From contig CAXTKV010000068.1 of NCBI GenBank assembly GCA_964244895.1, forward strand, positions 1 to 22,662: a DNA stretch of 22,662 nt. The letters run 5' to 3'. A model generated the notes under the pieces. It made no database searches. It saw only the letters and a list, made by a program, of their open reading frames with translations, and was not told the origin of the DNA. Made by a program: the position numbers and the translations under genes. Of the stretch, positions 21,128 through 22,662 are shown in pieces (position 1 is the stretch's first letter; each line of letters starts with the position of its first letter). The DNA comes from an uncultured Deinococcales bacterium. GTDB taxonomy: Bacteria > Deinococcota > Deinococci > Deinococcales > JAAFIG01.

Positions 21128-21245
21128 GCGTGCTGGACGATGAAAACCCGAAGAACACCGTCACACACGGTCGTGCTTCAATCTCGAGAACACCGTCCAG
21201 CACGCAAATTCGCGACCCTCGAGAAACGCGTCCAGGACGGTGTTC
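21128..21245. repeat. Cluster of palindromic-element arms: two orphan arms plus copy 9 (21188-21245, A/B chimera, 22-nt spacer containing CTCGAG)
   Basis: GCGTGCTGGACGATG (21128); GAACACCGTCACACACG (21153); CTCGAGAACACCGTCCAGCACGC-N22-GCGTCCAGGACGGTGTTC. Confidence 0.85.
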
Positions 21246-21272
21246 CTGTTTGAAAGTTGTAGAATCGAGATG

Positions 21273-22019
21273 ATGCACGAGGCGCTCGCCAGACTTGAAA
21301 AAGACTTCAACGGCAGTCTCGAGCAGCTGTACGAGACCTTCTCGGGTTACTCGTTTCGCTCAGACATGCCCTGCTGCATTCCCCACTGCTTCGATCAGTC
21401 GGAAGTTGATTTCCTCGGCTCGAAACCCCTGCGCGAATTGAGCGCCGCTGAACTCTCATCGTTCACTTCCAGTCTGCTCTTGACCTGCGGCGAGACGCTG
21501 GACTTCAAGTATTTCCTGCCCCGCGTGTTTGAACTCTGCGTGCAGGGCGCGTTCGGCTGGCCCGATCCTGAAATTGTCATCGGCAAACTGAAATACGCCG
21601 ACTGGAACCTCTGGCCCGAGCACGAGCGCCAAGCGGTGCAAGCGTTCTTGAAGGCGTGGTGGAGGCACAGACTCTCGGTTCCGTCTTCGATGCGCGCAAT
21701 GATTCCCCTCGACGATTGCCTGGCTGCGCTGTGCTGCACGCAAGAAGATGTGACTGAATACCTCGAGATCTGGCTCGAGAACACCGAACGCTCCGCAGTC
21801 GAACACCTGAGCGCTTTCGTGCTGGAGCATCTGACGAGCATCTGGCTCGGGGCATCGTTCAACGCGTTCGCCCGCAAGTCCTCGTCGGTGTTCATCAAGC
21901 GCTGGTTGCAGAGCGAACGCACGATCGCGTACCTCGAGCGCGCGTTTTTCGAGTATTCCGACTCGAGCATCGCTGAGGCCATCTCGGCGACGCACATGAT
22001 GCTTTCGCCGTCCAGTTAA
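21273..22019 (+). CDS. Hypothetical protein (about 248 aa)
   Basis: Long ORF with lower GC than its neighbours and motifs MPCCIPHC, DFKYFLPRVFEL, WNLWPEHERQAV..F..AWW. TAGAAT (21260-21265) lies 7 nt before ATG 21273. Confidence 0.75.
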   Translation: MHEALARLEKDFNGSLEQLYETFSGYSFRSDMPCCIPHCFDQSEVDFLGSKPLRELSAAELSSFTSSLLLTCGETLDFKYFLPRVFELCVQGAFGWPDPEIVIGKLKYADWNLWPEHERQAVQAFLKAWWRHRLSVPSSMRAMIPLDDCLAALCCTQEDVTEYLEIWLENTERSAVEHLSAFVLEHLTSIWLGASFNAFARKSSSVFIKRWLQSERTIAYLERAFFEYSDSSIAEAISATHMMLSPSS

Positions 22020-22022
22020 AGG

Positions 22023-22070
22023 GAACACCGTCCAGCACGCGAGATTGAATATGCGTGCTGGACGGTGTTC
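22023..22070. repeat. 48-bp palindromic element, copy 10 (perfect arms)
   Basis: GAACACCGTCCAGCACGC-gagattgaatat-GCGTGCTGGACGGTGTTC(tcg). Confidence 0.92.
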
Positions 22071-22191
22071 TCGTCGGTCTCGAATCTGCAACGACGATCA
22101 AATCACCATCCCGAGCCAGCTCGTTACTGGCGCGTGACCGGGAGGCCAATACCTTCTATCTCGAGGCCGACGCCTCAACCAGGAGGTCTCG

Positions 22192-22299
22192 ATGAAGACT
22201 CGTTCGCGCCGCTTTCGATTGCAGCACGCCTGCCCGACGCACTTCCGCCATTGCCCGCGACAGACCGTTCAGAAGCCAGCACGATCCCAGGCGCACTGA
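22192..22299 (+). CDS. Possible small ORF (35 aa) MKTRSRRFRLQHACPTHFRHCPRQTVQKPARSQAH
   Basis: AGGAGGT Shine-Dalgarno at 22181-22187 just upstream of the ATG. No other support. Confidence 0.35.
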   Translation: MKTRSRRFRLQHACPTHFRHCPRQTVQKPARSQAH

Positions 22300-22386
22300 C
22301 ATCCATCCGACTCTCGCCTCGCGCACGTGACCGTCAAGCTCCAGCCGACCCCTCGCCCCGATTCTCGCCAGTAGACAGGAGCCATC

Positions 22387-22662
22387 ATGAACATCAAGAT
22401 CGCCGTCCCCTTCATCCTCGCCATCATCGCGCCCCTCGCGCTGGCCGACGAATACGGTTACGGCTACGAGAGCGCCGCGACCATCACCACCCCGACAGCG
22501 CCCGTCGCGCTGCAAGTCCCGGACGGTTACCGGCTGGCGCGCAAGCTGCTGGCGGATGGCGTGCAGATCTACACCTGCAAGGCCAAAGCCGACAACTCCG
22601 GTTTCGAGTGGGTTTTCAAAGCACCAGAAGCTTCGCTCACCACCGAGCACGGCCTGAAGATC
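22387..22662 (+). CDS. DUF3455-like secreted protein (5' part; runs off the right edge)
   Basis: AGGAG RBS. Signal peptide MNIKIAVPFILAIIAPLALA|DE, then LQVPDG...ADGVQIYTC...FEWVFKAPEASL, matching the GVQIYxC/WxFxAPEA pattern. Confidence 0.8.
   Translation, partial: MNIKIAVPFILAIIAPLALADEYGYGYESAATITTPTAPVALQVPDGYRLARKLLADGVQIYTCKAKADNSGFEWVFKAPEASLTTEHGLKI

Overview
GC-rich (about 64% by eye) bacterial chromosomal segment, most likely Deinococcota. This is inferred from Deinococcus-like RpsB and EF-Ts N-termini, the gene order rpsB-tsf-pyrH-frr-cdsA-dxr-rseP without uppS, a YpdA/Bdr-type reductase, and many TANNNT-N6/7-start leaderless genes. Left half: fumC (5' part), an M8/leishmanolysin-like lipoprotein, ypdA, a P1/DmpA peptidase, an S9 peptidase, a pair of paralogous hypothetical genes, metG and a type-B carboxylesterase. 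Right half (minus strand): rpsB-tsf-pyrH-frr-cdsA-[DUF3810-like zincin]-dxr-rseP-GT2. The window ends with a hypothetical gene and the start of a DUF3455-like secreted protein. The most interesting signals are non-coding. (1) A 48-bp palindromic element, GAACACCGTCCAGCACGC-N12-GCGTGCTGGACGGTGTTC, has 10 two-armed copies plus remnants, a fixed 12-nt variable spacer, compensatory changes, termini that extend into CTCGAG, and at least one copy apparently translated inside a gene. (2) The palindrome CTCGAG is over-represented about 12-fold (about 97 sites by hand count), resembling a HIP1-like highly iterated palindrome. (3) A putative methionine-sensing leader-peptide attenuator lies upstream of metG. 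(4) A 24-bp tandem amplification of the last codons of rseP has mostly synonymous differences between units. (5) The rpsB leader can form a pseudoknot. No tRNA, rRNA, CRISPR array, transposase or integrase was seen.
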